This document shows, piece by piece, positions 13,460 to 26,990 of a stretch of DNA of 64,000 nucleotides. The stretch is taken from NCBI GenBank assembly GCA_002245135.1, contig NGBS01000875.1, forward strand, positions 62,001 to 126,000. The letters are read 5' to 3'. The position numbers and the translations under genes were made by a program. Every line of letters begins with the position of its first letter. The stretch's first letter is position 1. The DNA is from Proteromonas lacertae (taxonomy: Eukaryota). Under the pieces are notes generated by a model, which saw nothing but the letters and a program-made list of their open reading frames with translations, was not told where the DNA came from and made no database searches.

Positions 13460-15855
13460 TTACTGTGATCTTAATGATACAAAATACGTAATTTCATTAC
13501 CTTGTTTCTTGGAAATAAATGATGAATTAACTTTCTTAATCACTTGCTTTAAAAACAAAGGTGAGTTGATTAAATCAAAATTGATATGTTGAGTATAGTA
13601 TTTGAGTATAACTTCAGGATGATCATTATTCTGCATATATTTATACATAATCTTCTTATATTTCAATGGTAATATAAAAGAGGGTATATAAATGTCTTTG
13701 TTATATTCATTTGTTGAAAGTAATGTCGTACTAGGTTTTGTATTAGCATTTGTATCTACAATAATCATAGCAGAACCACCAGCTGTTTGAACATTTCTCA
13801 TCTTCTCTACAAAACTACATTTACCTCTTTGAACAACTACAATAGCTTGGCTCGAGATTTTCTTGATTGATTCACAAGCTGTTATTGGTGAAGCAATTGT
13901 TAAGATCCCATACATTCCTTCATTAGGAAATATATTATCATAAAATGAATTAATCAATTCAAAAAATAGATTAGGTTCAGAATGTATTTCCATTAACACT
14001 GGTTTGAAGTGTGATTTGAGTTTCCATGCGTTTGTTGATTTATCTTCTATTATACAGAATATACCATAATTATTAGTGGGTATAGAATACTATATTAAAA
14101 TAAAATAACAAAAATATATACAAGTGATGAAGAAAATAGCATTTTTCTAGGAGTATATGTTTTACACATTAATTCTGATCTGTATATTAGTTTATTATAA
14201 TTATTATATTCACTAACCACTTTCCAATTAGGATTTACTTTCTTTAACACATCTAATAATACGAAATGACCTTGAGTAGTGAATATAACATTAGTTGGAT
14301 CTAATGGCAAATAACCATATGTGTTTGTATTAGGAAAACTTGAATTCATTGATCTTAATCCACTATTCATTAATAAATATAAATATTTGATCGTTTCACT
14401 AAAGAAATAACTATCAAGTCTATCTTCAAGCCTATAAGTATCAGTATCAGCAATAGAAGCAAAGCCACAATCAACTTTTGTATTTTTAATCAAATCATTT
14501 ACAATTTCTATACCTATTTTTAGATAATAAGGATTCTTTGTCACTTCATATAGATAATAAGTACTTTCAATAAATTCAGGTCTTAAGGGATAATATTTAA
14601 ATTGACTTTTATGTTCACGAATATCGTAAGTCTCAGGAAATGCTTTATATTTCTTCCATATCTGATAATATCCTTTATGATAATATTCCGCCAATTCTAT
14701 ATTACCAATTAATACTTCAATACTAGGCCAAAATGCTTGAACTGCTGCAACTCTATATCTTAATATATTCCCATTATTCATATCAGTTTCTAAGTGATAA
14801 GGACCTTTGCGAAGATATAGGTTAATACTGTGATAACTGCTATTAAATATAATAAATAAATCAGGATCATTAAATATGGAATATCCTTTAATTAAATATT
14901 CATAATAGCTATCACAACTTAATCCAGTCCATGATATACTATTACTCCATATCCCTGTATTGCTATTAATATCACTCCCTAATAAGTTAATCTTACTACG
15001 ATGTCTCCATATTTCTAACATTGCTCTTTTAGTGATATTGTAATAGGTATAATTATTGGTTAAGATGGCGAGTGTACCAAATTCTACGATTAATGTTCCT
15101 GCTGCTGCTATACAGGTACTTGGGGTTTCGTTGTCGATTTTACCTGTTTTTAAATTGACACGATGTTCAGGTATTCCTGTTTTTGTATCAAAGGCTGGTA
15201 ATAACTATACATACATACATAACAATTATTATTATTATATACTTTTTTTCCTATTTTTTCTGCAAGTTGTAATATTTCATTGTTATAGTTTTTACAGAGA
15301 TTTAATTTATCAGATATACATAATTGATGAGCTGATAATAATCCACCTAATATACGAATAGTTGTTTCAAAACTATTAAAAATAAATAATAAAATTATAT
15401 ATACACAGAAACATTAACATCTCTTTCAAATGATATTAATGATGGTAATAATGATATTGCATCTTGAAATTCTTCTTTATATCCTAATACAGCTAATGTG
15501 TCTAATAAATCAACATATGTTAATGAATATCCACCTAATACATCGTCTAATGTTCCACGTTTACGATTATACCACTTTCTAGCTTGACAGGTTAAAGGCA
15601 TTAATTCATCGAAGGGATAAGCGTGCTAGATAGTATATACATAGTGAATATTTGCATACATCCATATATGAATAAAAAGCATGTTCAAACATGTCTTTAA
15701 CTTTGTTTCTATACTCTATAAAACATCATTTCATACCTTTGATGTAAAATTTCTTCAAAAGTTAAATCCAAACACTGAGATAAAGCAAGAGAATAACAAA
15801 TTAGTAGTAAAAATAAAATAAATTTAATCCACGAATTTATTATACTGATATCCAT
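13460..15855 (-). CDS. GH47 alpha-1,2-mannosidase-like EDEM with a C-terminal PA domain (EDEM3-like)
   Basis: HAYPFDELMPL, LTYVDLLDTL, FETTIR.LGGL, DSYYEYL.K, YPLRPEFIESTY and SYFFSETIKYLYL motifs; PA domain with RGKCSFVEK...Q.AG. Multiple introns. Confidence 0.88.
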
Positions 15856-15984
15856 CGTTTTAAATTATATCCGAGGTAGAATACGCTATATACTAAGCGA
15901 ATAAACAAACAAGAAAAAACTCAAGCCAAGTTTTTTCTCATTTTAAATTATCATTTTTTCTTATCAATACAAGCATAATTTCAG

Positions 15985-16393
15985 ATGAGCGATGAATTAT
16001 CAAAGTTTAATGAAAGTATATAAGCTATAAAATTCAAATTCTATTTGATTTTCATCTTCTTTATATATTTATTTAGAATTAATATCAGTTATAACAAACG
16101 ATGGTAGAAATTTTGTTGTATGTTTATGTATTATATTGTTTAATAGGGTATTTTGAAAGGAGAAGATCAGTGTGTTAATATAATTCTTGATAATTGTCAA
16201 GAGCGAATATTTTCAATTAATGAAGGTGTAAAAATAGAAGAAATGGGTGTATATTTGATAAGAGGAGATGATATGTATATTTACTGCATTTATTTTGAAT
16301 AGAGCTGTTATAGGTGAAATTGATAAAAGTACAGATGAAGGAATCGATTATTCATCAATCAAATCAGCATGCTTACCTCCAATTGTCCATTAA
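15985..16393 (+). CDS. LSM8: U6 snRNA-associated Sm-like protein LSm8 (not in ORF track)
   Basis: After removing 3 introns: ISVITNDGRNFVGILKGEDQCVNIILDNCQERIFS..EGV....GVYLIRGDDIAVIGEID...LPPIVH. Confidence 0.9.
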
Positions 16394-16468
16394 TTTATTA
16401 GTAATTGTATGTTTCTTTTAAATCTGTTGATTCTCAATCAAAAAATCTAATACAAACACAAAAAATAT

Positions 16469-17359
16469 TTATTTCTTTGGTTGTAATTCATCAACAGCCT
16501 TTTTGAAATCTTTATATGTTAAAACCATCACACATCTATAATCTGGATCATTTTCATACTCTTCAGGGTTAGTTACATGGAATAAGTATGAACATTTGGA
16601 ATACTTAAGATAGATACCATCTTCATAGTGTAAAAATTGAGCATTATTTACATCATGTGTTACTTTGGACTTCTTATTTTTCTTCTTCTTTTTTCCACTT
16701 TCATCAGTATTACTATTCACAGGTATTGATTGAGGATCAGCAAAATAATAACAAGGACATACCATTATTATATTTTCAAGGTTAAATCTTTTAGGTTCAT
16801 CTTCTACACCATTCTTTTTCGCATATTCTATATCATCATATACACACTTATGTAATGGAGGAACTAATTCATCAGGAACATTTATTAATCTTTCATTAAA
16901 TAATATACCACTCTTTGGATTGTTTATATATGTTTTAAATGAGTTTAACAAGTCAGATGGACAGGCTTGAGAAATAAAATCAACTAAATCTTTCATATAA
17001 GATATTTTCTATAAATAACAATAAAAATCATATACTTCTTCATGTTTGATATTCAGCACTGTGGCAAATCCATAGGCATCACCAGTATCATCTACTGAGA
17101 TCATCGTTCCAACGATTACTTGTTTTACTATTGAATCAGATAATTCTGAGAGATTCATCTTTGTTCCAGGAATATATTTCTTCAACAAATTACGAATACT
17201 TTTGAAATTTATTTCTTTTGGATCATCAAAACTGAATTCTACTTCTATATCACTTTGTTCTTCATCTGGTTCAAATTTTAAATCTTCATTTTCATCACTG
17301 GATGATTCACTGTCACTTTTCTCTGGTGATACTATATTCTCTGCTTTTCTCTTTGGCAT
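16469..17359 (-). CDS. BCP1: BCP1/BCCIP family protein
   Basis: Acidic N-terminus, VEFSFDDP...NFKSIRNLL, GILFNERLINVP.ELVPPL and FLHYED. One intron joins the two ORFs. Confidence 0.88.
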
Positions 17360-17759
17360 TATCTCAAAAATTGATAAAATGCTAATTGAAATATTACCGT
17401 TTCAACTTTTTGTTTTTGTTTTTTCTTGACTATAGAATCATGTTTGGAAAAATAACCATACATATTGATTAATTGATAGAATATATTAACCAAATATATG
17501 AAAATTAATGTCAATATGGAGAGATTACGGCTAATTTGAATTGAAACCATCTATGCTTATATAAATAGTTCACAGTAATAGATTTCATGTCTCTACATGA
17601 AAATAAATCGGTAAGTGATTATTATATCTTTATATACAACAAATATTTAGAGTTAACAAAATTCACTAAAATCACTGATTTATTAGAGTATATTCAATAT
17701 TATATATTGTAGTTCATTCAATCTACTATTCAAACCATATATCGGAACTTCTATACCAT

Positions 17760-20700
17760 ATGCATACAAATACCAAAAGAAAATCTTCAGATGGTGAGAA
17801 TCAAGACAAAAAAGTCTTTAAAGTCGAAAATTATGATGTTTCTAGTGAATTAGAGTATGAATTAAACGATATTTACTCTATTAATAGAAATGAGAGAAAA
17901 TTCATTATAATAATTGCTGAAAGTGAAAGAATGAAAGTGGATAGAGATATACTGTCTAAGAATCTGATATTTAAAAGTATAATTGAGGATATGTTGTTTG
18001 AAAATGAGTTGATATTGCATGAAAATGTGAAAAAAGATGGGTTTATCACTTTGATGAATTATTATGAAGGAAGAACAATCAACATAGATGATAAGAATGT
18101 GAATTCCTTACTCTTAATATGTTTATATTATGGTGAAGAGAATTTATTGGACAAATGTATAGAGTATATTGTAAAGAACAACATAAATGTTGAAGTAACC
18201 ATTACACTATTAAAGTTCATAACTGCAATTAGTAAAGTTAAAAAATATTCAGTTTTATATAAATATATTATTAAAAAATGTAAATATCATTATAATGAAA
18301 TAATAAAAAATCATATTTTAGAATTAGATGAAAAAGCAATAGAATTTATACTAGAAACTAATTGTTTATCAATAGACAGTGAGAATATGATAGTTAATCA
18401 ATTGAAATATTACTATAATAACAAAAACGAAGTTGAAGAGAATTTTATAGAAAGAATATCATTATTAATAAACTGGAACAGAGTGGTTGTAGATGCAAAA
18501 TGTAATGGAATATTCAAAAATTATTATAAACATCAATCAAAGATATATGATAGAATGTATATATTAGAATTTCCTGAATTTTCAAAGAAAAATCCATTAA
18601 TTGATATATTCAAATCCTACTATTTTAATGATATCAAGTTTCATAATATTGAAGAAGATAACTTTAAAAAATTTGATGAAATATATGAAGATGATAATTT
18701 GCATTTTATAGCAGATTGTCTATTTACCAAAAATATCAAATTTACCATATCAGTATTAAAATGTTTAACTGATGCAAAATGTTTATTAGATTATTTTTTT
18801 TATGATAATGAAGTTGAAGATCTGTTAAATATATTAATGAAAGAGTATTTTTACAACTCTCATAACTTAAAAGATATAATGAGATGTATTACTTTGTTTC
18901 GATTTGGTATATATATATATAATCTATAATATATTTAAATAGATCTCATTTTGAATGTAATAACATCTATATATTCTTCAAATGAAGAAATAAATGAATT
19001 CTTATTGACTTTAATTTATGAACCATACACAAATGCTAAATTGTTTAGTGATATAAATTCATATCTGAATAGCATAGGTTATGAAGAGAATTATCTAGAT
19101 TTGTACAAAGATAATCAATTGGTAGAATTTAAATACAATAGAATATTATATAAATTTCATGTTAATAAGTGTGTATATATAATACCATCTGTCTCCAATT
19201 GCCAGAATTTATGTATTTTCACAATATCGCCAAGTATTTTCATTTTAATTTATGTTAATATATAAATAGATCTTCCAGATGGATTAACAATAAATAGAAG
19301 AAATGGAATAATAAGTGGATCAACTAAAGAAGTAACAGATACAGAATATACAATTATGTGTAAAAGTCCTAGTAATGTATTACTATTCAAAATAAGATTA
19401 TCAATTGGAACATTAACACAGTTTTATTATCCCAAATCAGTATTTTCCCATAATTTGAATGAAGAAGTGTCAATAAAACCAATATGTGATGGAGATTATT
19501 GTGAATATGGTATTGTTAAAAATCTACCTAAAGGATTGAGTTTTGATAAAACTAGTGGAATAATAAGTGGAAAAATATCAAATGAAATAAGATATGAAAA
19601 TGTATTAGTGACTTGTAGAGATCCAAAAGGTAAAGTACTTTCTTGTTGGTTAGATTTAGATTTTGGAGTAGTTACAAAATTCTTCTATCCTTCAAATCAT
19701 TTATCTTTAAATCTAAATGAAGAAGTATTATCAAAACCAATTCATGATGGTAATATAGTTCGTTTTAGAATAGAGGAAGGAAAATTACCAAAAGGTTTAA
19801 AACTCGATGTAAAAAATGGTTATATAAAAGGAAAGCTACAAGAACATGTAGGAGATAATTATTGTATAGTAACGGCTTATACCAAATTATCAAATCTAAA
19901 AACAAGAATAAGAATTACATCTGGTATAATATACATATGTCTATATTTATTTATATTGCTAGGAAAAGTAACATTATTCAAATACAATAATCATCATTGT
20001 TATTTAAATATTAACAGTGAATTACATATGAAACCTAAAGTTAATAATGGTGATTTTATATTTTATACTACTTCAGGTATAATATTTCTATTATTTCTTA
20101 TCAATAGACTTACCAAATGGATTATCATTAAATATTAATACTGGAGAAATATCAGGCAGAATAACTGGCAGATTTGAAGATAGATCATATACTATTACTT
20201 GTAAATCTCAATCTAATGTGTTAAAAGATATAATAAATATAGCTCATTTTAATTCAATATCCTATAAACCAAAAATGGGAGTTAAATCATGTTTAAACAA
20301 TCATATTAGATTACAAAACAATTCAGTAATTCAGCTTGAATTAAGTTGTAATATTCCAACTTATAATTTCTCAATAACTCCTAAATTACCAGATTGTTTA
20401 TTTCTTTTACCTAATAGAAATATAATTGGTATAACAAATACTCAAAGTAAAAGCATTAAATACAAAATATCTTTTAATACTGCCAATACAGAATGTTATG
20501 ATTATTATTATATATCAATTGGTGAATTAACTACATTCTATTATGATAAAAAGCAATATGATATTAAAAATGGAGAAGAATTTGATATAAATTGTAATTG
20601 TGATGGAGATGATTGTTTTTTCAGCATTACTCCTGAACTACCTCCAACAGTATCATTTGATAATAAAACAGGAAGAATTCATGGAAAATGGGATAATACA

Positions 20701-21030
20701 TATCCAAGTAAATATTATATATCATGTGAAAATGATACAAATTCTATTAATACTGAGATAATAATCAGATATGATGATATAACATACTTTTCATACAAAC
20801 AATACTATTTCAAAATCAATAGAAATGAATATTTCATATTAAAACCAGAAACTGATGGAGAAAATGTGAAATATTTTATAGAAGATATGTTACCCCAATC
20901 TATAAGTCTAGATGAGAAGAGAGGAATAATAGAAGGTTTATACAGTAAATGTGAAAAGTTGAATATAACAGTAGAATGCCGAAACTTTTTTAATTATAAG
21001 AAATGTGAATTTACAATAGAATTTATCTAA
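17760..21030 (+). CDS. BTB/BACK-like domain protein with ~7 C-terminal He_PIG (putative Ig) repeats
   Basis: BTB-like VDRDILSKNLIFKSII...F..LMNYYEG..INID..NV..LL....YY. Repeats of LP.GL.LD..TG.ISG follow. Four or more short introns link ORFs 17760, 18951, 19356 and 20218. Confidence 0.75.
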
Positions 21031-21123
21031 ATGTTAAATAATAATATTTTGATATTACATTTTTTTTTATCCAGTATTTTTAAACTATAATAAAAAAAAA
21101 ATAAAAACATAATAACTAATCAT

Positions 21124-22191
21124 TTACTTTTCTTTATCATTATTTTCTTTACTTTCATGTTTAATCAAAATGGGATTTGTTGGTAAAGACATTGGAGGAG
21201 GAGGAACAACATATTTACTCTTCAATTGATATATAAATCTCTTTTCCAGTGGAAGTGGATCTAAATGGTAATGTTCTCTCAAAGCATTCGATTTTAATAA
21301 TAAATTTTGTAATACACCAATACAACTAGTAGTAATCCAATACAAACAAAGTCCAGTACTTACTCTAGTGCATAAAATAGCAGTAAATATTGACATGAAA
21401 TTCATAAATAATTTCATTGTTCCTGATTGAACTTGAGAAGCTGAAGCAAAATTAACTGTGAAATATAAGAATAAACCTGATAAAGCAGGTAATATAAATA
21501 TAGGATCAGGATTAGCCATATTGCACCATAAGAAATGAGAAGTCTTAAAATCTGGAAAAACTTGATCCAATTTCATAATTCCTCTGAAAAAAACGAATAA
21601 AACTGGTAATTGGACTAATGGAGCTATTAACATGGATGGCATTGATATTGAATGTCTTTTCATTAAACTCTATTAAAAATATACTCATTTATATACTTGA
21701 AAATCATTTTGCGATTGTTTTAGTAATTCAGTATCTCTGATTTGTTGAGCATATTTAATTTTGGCATTGATTTCATCCATTTCGACTTTGATACATGCCA
21801 TTTTTTCTGATTGAATAGTTGAATGGATTAACAGAGGTAATAATGCTAATCTTATAACAGCTCCACCTATTATTATTGAACTCCACCAACCAAATCCTAC
21901 TCCATGTATTGTATTTAAGAAGGAACAAACCCATCCAGAAGGTCCATCTATTTAATACAAAAATTAAATGAATAAAATATATATACGAGGAATTGAAGTG
22001 GCAAATGCAATCATTGGTGTAGAAGAGCATAATGTACTTTGAATATTGGGTAATATATTTTGTATAGCTGGAATTATCGAACTTATCTTTCTTTTGGATG
22101 AATATATGAGAACACCTTTATAATTAGATCTTTGCACAGATTTCAATAGATTTTTGTTTCTAGCCACTTTCGATAGAAAGAAAATTGACAT
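21124..22191 (-). CDS. OXA1: Mitochondrial inner-membrane insertase, Oxa1/YidC family
   Basis: Presequence-like N-terminus, GWWSSI, LVQLPV...F, LWCNMANPDPIFILP and GLCLYWITT. Confidence 0.85.
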
Positions 22192-22237
22192 TTCTTAAAT
22201 ATGAGATTTGAACAGATCTAGACCATTTTTTAATTTT

Positions 22238-22833
22238 ATGATTTCCTCCTTATCAAGGATATCTTCAAGATTATTTATTGCACCAACATGCAATCCATTG
22301 TCACAGTATATTATAAATGAATAATGAAGACTAGAATACTTCTAAGAACTACTTATAATCGACCTGTATAGAATATAGTATTTTTAATAATTGTAGAAAC
22401 AATATCAAATCTCATTAGAAAAGATAAAATCAATAGATGTTACATTCAGTGGAATGGCAGAAGGAACTACAGGAATGAGAGAGTTTTACAGGCAAATCAA
22501 TGGTAAAAATGTAAGATATGTAGATGTATATTTTATAGATATCTGCATCAAATCCCGAATGCAAAAAGAATCTGACAATAAACCATGATGGTATTGTACC
22601 AACGATTACAATAGAATGGAGTATGTTATTTATTAATGATTGATTTAGGTAATAAAACCACAACAGTTTGGGAAGCTCAATATATGAGTCTAATAGACAT
22701 TTTTGAGAAGATCAGGTTAACAAGTAGACAGGTCGATTTTGAAGAACATAAAGCAGACTGGGAGAATTACAAGAAAGAAAATTTACAAAAATTCAAAGAA
22801 ATAATAAAAGAAAAATATAATATTAAGTGTTAA
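22238..22833 (+). CDS. Probable mitochondrial ribosomal protein mL53-like
   Basis: Spliced product has a presequence-like start (MISSLSRISSRL) then IDVTFSG....TTGMREFYRQI.....SASNPEC.....HDG.VPTITIEW. Four introns. Confidence 0.55.
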
Positions 22834-22869
22834 AAATTTGTTTTATTTTTCTATTCTATTTTTATCTTA

Positions 22870-23425
22870 TTACATTTGGATGTCTGGTGGTGGTCTGTGT
22901 TTTTTAGCTTCTTCTCTTACTCTTCTTTCATATTCCTTAATATCTTCTTTATAAACCATTATTGGCTCTCTTTGTGCTGGATCATTAGGATTTGGATGGA
23001 TTAGAAGGTCCTGAATGCCAAGTAATATCTGTTTAATTGTAATTGATGGTTTCCAGTCTTTATCTTCATTCACTATACTTAAACACACACTTCCTGAAGG
23101 AAAAATATTGGGATGAAAGAGTGTAGGTACAAATTTGCAATGTGGAGGTTTACTTGGATATTCTTCTGGAAAAGTTAGCGTTAAGTTGTATAATCCTCCT
23201 TCCCAAGGTGACTAGATTGTATAAATTCATTATATAGATACATTTTCTGGTCCTGGTATAGCACATTCCCATACCATTATATTGGTAGATCCGTCGGCGT
23301 TCTTTGATGGTCTTGCCTATAAAAAATATAGAAAATCAATAGTAAAATACAATAAAACCAAATGGATGTTCTTTACGCCATTTCTTTCTTTCTTCATTTA
23401 ATCTCGATCTAGCAATACCAGACAT
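22870..23425 (-). CDS. UBC9: SUMO-conjugating enzyme Ubc9
   Basis: [68 protein letters not shown]. Two introns. Confidence 0.95.
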
Positions 23426-23896
23426 AGTGATGAAAAATTGATGATTAAAAGGACTTGGGCTTATAATTTGTCCGTTTCTCAATACAATTGAGCTAGAGAT
23501 TCACTTTGAAAAGCCTCACTTTAACTTTTATTCTTTTTGTCATTATTTCACCATAGAAATGTATTATGTGATGATTAAATAGATTATCTGGATAAAAATC
23601 AATCGAATATCAGAAATAAATAGAATATTGTGGATAGTATAAATCTAAAGTAAGAATTATTACAGTTTTTAAATGGATTATGGAGTGTTTCTTAGTAATG
23701 TAATTAATTATATTACTCACTTCAGATTAATTGATAGATGTTAATGATTAGAGCTGTTCTGTAATGATATTCACCCGTAAAGATGTTGATTTATAAAAGG
23801 CAATAGTGCAGGTATTATTAGCACCGTTATAACTGATGAAGATAAGGCGTGTTTAATGATTTTATCATCATCCAATCAAATTCTAACTCATTTCAA

Positions 23897-23915
23897 TTTC
23901 GCGCCATTTTTTGAA
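23897..23915 (+). promoter_or_regulatory. E2F/CDE-like site plus CHR element upstream of the RNR gene
   Basis: TTTCGCGCC-ATTT-TTTGAA, ending 17 nt before ATG 23933. Confidence 0.5.
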
Positions 23916-23932
23916 ACTCTTCAATTACATCA

Positions 23933-26172
23933 ATGCCATCAGTATAGCTTATTATTTTTACTTAAAATCGACTTTTATCTTATTATATAACATATAGGAA
24001 CTCAATTTAAGTTTCAAACTCGATGATGATTTTGTTGAGAAGTATAGAAACAAAGAAGCTCCATTTGGATTCAATGGTTTAGGCGAATTAGTGTATAGAA
24101 GAACATATTCACGTGAAGTTGAAGGAAGAAAAGAAGAATGGTTCGAAACAGTAAGAAGAGTAGTAGAAGGCACTTACTCAATTCAGAAGAACCACATTGA
24201 AGGATCTACATTAGGATGGAATAATGAGCAAGGACAAGCATCAGCACAAGAGATGTACGACTTAATCTTCAATATGAAGTTCTTACCACCAGGTCGTGGT
24301 TTATACTGCATGGGAACCAACATGGTACATGGTAAGAATTTAGCAGCTGCTTTAAACAACTGTGCATTCGTTTCTACAGAGACAATTGATGAAGATTTAA
24401 CCAAGCCTTTCGAGTTTTTAATGGATGCAACAATGTTAGGTGTAGGAGTTGGTTTTGATACAAAAGGTGCAAATAAACTCTCAATTCTAGGACCAGATCA
24501 CAACTTACCAACTGAAGATTATCAAATTGACGATTCAAGAGAAGGATGGGTTAGATCAATGGGAGCATTATTAATGTCCTATTTCGGTGAAAACGGCACA
24601 CAATTACCACCAATCAAATTCGATTATTCACTAATCAGACCAAAGGGATCTGTTTTGAAAACTTTTGGGGGTAAAAGTTCCGGCCCACAACCTTTAATCG
24701 ATTTGCATAACAACTTAGTGAAAGTATTAGACAAAGAAATAGGAAAGAAATTATCATCTACTTGTATTGTAGATATATTTAATTTAATTGGAAAATGTGT
24801 AGTTGGAGTTGGAAATATAAGATGTGCAGAAATAGCATTTGGTGATGAAAAAGATGAAGAATTTTTATCTTTAAAAGATTACGATAAGAATCCACATAGA
24901 ATGGACTATGGTTGGACTAGTAATAATTCAGTATTTGGAAGAATTGGAATGAATTATGATAAAATTGCTCAACATATAATCAAGAATGGTGAACCAGGTT
25001 TATGTTGGTTAGATAATATGAAGAAATACAGTAGAATGTGTGATCCTCCAGATAATAAAGATAGCAGAGTTCAAGGTGGAAATCCATGTTTAGAACAATC
25101 TTTAGAATCATATGAATTATGTTGTTTAGTGGAAACATTCCCATCAAAACATGAAACTAAAGAACAATTTTTAAGAACTTTGAAATTTGCTTATTTATAT
25201 GCAAAGACAGTAACATTGTGTATGACTCATTGGCCAGCTACTAACAGAGTGATGTTAAGAAATAGAAGAATAGGATGTAGTGTAAGTGGAATAGCTCAAT
25301 TCTTATCAAAGAATAGTTTAGATGTTTTAAGAGATTGGTTAGATTGTGGTTATCAAGAAATACAAAGATGGGATGATATATATTCTAAATGGTTATGCAT
25401 TCCTCATTCTATTAAAACAACATCAGTTAAACCAAGTGGAACTGTCAGTTTACTCGCTGGAGCAACACCAGGAATTCATTATCCAGAAAGTAGATTTTAC
25501 ATTCGTAGAGTCAGAATCTTAAATGATAATCCAATGTTAAAAGATTTAAAGAATGCTGGTTATAAAGTAGAAGCTTGTGTAGGTCAAGAAGATACAACCA
25601 GTGTTGTTGAAATACCAGTAGATATTGGTGAAGGTGTAAGAGTTGCTTCTCAAGTCACTATGTTTGAGCAATTCTCATTAGCATCTTTTATGCAGAAATA
25701 TTGGGCTGATAATCAAGTCAGTTGTACTATATCCTTTGATCCTGAGAAAGAAGGACCACATCTTGCAAGTACTTTATCATTTTTCCAATATGAATTGAAA
25801 GGTGTTTCGTTATTGCCAAGAATTGAGTATGGTGCTTATCCACAAATGCCATATGAAGAAATTACTGAGGAAATATATAAAAGTAAAATACAAAATATTA
25901 AACCAATTGAATGGAGTAAATGCAATTCTCCAAAATCACAGAAACAATCTCCAACTACTGTTAAAGCTGTTTCTATGATTGATAATAATAATGATAATAA
26001 TAGCAAAATTGAAAAGAAAACGAATAATATACAAAATGGAAGTGGAAAGAAATATATGGGTTTCAAAATTCATTTAGAGACTAGTAATGATGATGAAGAA
26101 GAAGGTGCACCATTATGCGCTTATCCTGATGCTGTTAGTTTCTGTGATTCTGAAAAATGTCAATTATATTAA
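23933..26172 (+). CDS. nrdJ: Class II adenosylcobalamin-dependent ribonucleotide reductase (monomeric RTPR type)
   Basis: MPS, intron, then ELNLSFKLDDDFVEKY..APFGFNGLGELVYRRTYSR, FLPPGRGL, LNNCAF, DSREGW, GNPCLEQSL, ELCCLVE, KPSGTVS and a C-terminal CDSEKC pair. Confidence 0.93.
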
Positions 26173-26274
26173 ATTAAATAAGTTAGTTATCATCTTCTTT
26201 TCTCTTCTCCTACTCTTATGATAATATTGTTTTTATTTTAATTGTTTTTTATTGAATGAACACAAAATTTCAAA

Positions 26275-26990
26275 TTATTTACATTCACTTTCTAATATTG
26301 TTTTAAAATTATTTATAAATACTTCATCAAATCCAGGAGATGATATAATTGTACTTATATATATTGAGAGTGTATCTGGATTAGATTCTGTGAAAAAACT
26401 ATCTAATATTGACATTTTGATAGTATAATCATAATTTATCATATCCTCAATCTTTTCTAATTTCTTTTTGATTGATGAGAGTGTTAATGTCTTTCCAAAC
26501 ACAAACCAATTGTGAATTTCGTTTTCAAAACCTTCATTTTGTATATATACTAGAAATGAATTGTATGAATCAATTTCATTTTTGATTTTTATTGTTAATA
26601 ATTTCTATTTGAATAATAATAAAGCAAAAATACGTATTGTTGTTTTAATATCCTAAAGGAGTTAAAACACTCTAAATATTTTCGATATAACTATTTATTA
26701 CACTATAAATATACTTTTTCAGATTGGTGTTGCATATATAAAGGTGACTTTGATTCATTATTGTTTGATGAACTGTCAATATAACTATTATCATTATAAA
26801 ATGCAATATACCTGAATTGAATCTTATTATTACAAAACTCCATACTCACTTCTTTACACATTAAAGCTAAACTGCTGTATTCTTCTATTTTCTTCATTAT
26901 ACTATTCAAAGTCTGTTTCACCGTCTCTTTTATTTCTATTGATCGATGTGAGGAGATTGTAAACGGTGTAGATGATGATAAATCATTCAT
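26275..26990 (-). CDS. Hypothetical protein (spliced; longin-like fold possible but unsupported)
   Basis: Two co-oriented ORFs with short intron-like AT stretches between them. Confidence 0.5.

Noticed and set aside
17583..17602. TTTCATGT-ctct-ACATGAAA hairpin upstream of the BTB gene
   Set aside because: A short AT-rich stem seen once is compatible with chance.
23800..23820. U5 snRNA loop-1-like GCCTTTTAT on the minus strand
   Set aside because: It mismatches the invariant GCCUUUUAC, has no closing stem and no clear Sm site.
23760..23860. Possible cobalamin riboswitch upstream of the B12-dependent RNR
   Set aside because: Only a weak GTGC/GCAC hairpin is present. The conserved GGGAA, GGTG.AA.TCC and CCC..ACTGT elements are not.
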